Shown here: positions 63,680 through 64,000 of the stretch, piece by piece
Numbering within the stretch: position 1 is the first letter of the stretch
Layout of the letters: every line of letters starts with the position of its first letter
Assembly (NCBI GenBank): GCA_028534125.1
Contig: CM052817.1
Span: 81,098,001-81,162,000 of the forward strand
Direction: 5' to 3'
Origin: Lama glama
Taxonomy: Eukaryota
DNA length: 64,000 bases
Notes under the pieces: model-generated
The model's database searches: none
Told to the model about the DNA's origin: nothing
Seen by the model: the letters and a program-made list of their open reading frames with translations, nothing else
Made by a program: the position numbers and the translations under genes

Positions 63680-64000
63680 ATTCGCTCCCAGGCCACACCA
63701 TCACTCACCTGCTTCCTCACACTACAGATCCAGGCATTTCCCTTGCTGCTTCATTCTACCTCACCCTCCACGCCCCAATCCAATCACCCATTCTAAACCC
63801 TGCCCATTTTATTTCTAAACATCTTTCAACCTTGAATCCTCCTTTTCATGTTATCACTCTCCTTATAGAGTTTCTCATCATCCCTCAGATGGCCAGTGTT
63901 CCCATCCACCCAGCTGGGCTCTCTGCCAGCTGACCTGACCCTCCAATCCATCTGCCTCCCAGCTGCTAGAAAAAGCTCTCCAAACAAAAGCCTGACAGCG
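63680..64000 (+). mobile_element. L2 LINE fragment (runs off the window)
   Basis: ccaatccaatcacccattc...ccctccaatccatctgcctcccagctgctagaaaaagctctccaaac. Confidence 0.7.

Noticed and set aside
1..64000. CRISPR arrays, prokaryotic systems, tRNA/rRNA genes, processed pseudogenes, non-retroviral endogenous viral elements
   Set aside because: No repeat-spacer array, operon, RNA gene signature or recognisable cellular or viral protein remnant was seen. Highly decayed copies cannot be excluded without translated searches.

Overview
This is mammalian (eutherian) genomic DNA. It is AT-rich and repeat-dense, and it reads as intergenic or deep intronic. I can identify no protein-coding gene with confidence. 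Every ORF in the track is either random or transposon-derived; the only recognisable protein is LINE-1 ORF2. Much of the window is a fossil record of transposons: old L1M, L2, MIR, MaLR/ERVL and ERV1 LTRs, and MER5A/MER58 DNA transposons. There are also two young L1 insertions with exact target-site duplications. I see no Alu, B1/B2, Bov-tA/BovB, PRE-1, ERE or Can-SINE. That absence, plus the young L1 3' UTR sequence, suggests a camelid (inference from recall, not verified). Best-supported observations: (1) both assembly gaps sit on the same G-rich tract of the young L1 3' UTR, and the 500-N gap looks spurious because its flanks overlap by 33 identical bp; (2) an inverted internal L1 ORF2 fragment is joined directly to an A-tail between degenerate TSDs; (3) an apparently complete MLT1-type MaLR provirus carries a nested ERV1 LTR; (4) three CTCF-like motifs are present, two of them divergent; (5) GC and CpG content rise to the right of ~43 kb; (6) there are several unidentified candidate exons, the best being a minus-strand terminal exon at 62486 with downstream AATAAA signals. 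I found no evidence for a novel biological system. Repeat family names come from recall of consensus sequences. Repeat boundaries are approximate unless a TSD is quoted.
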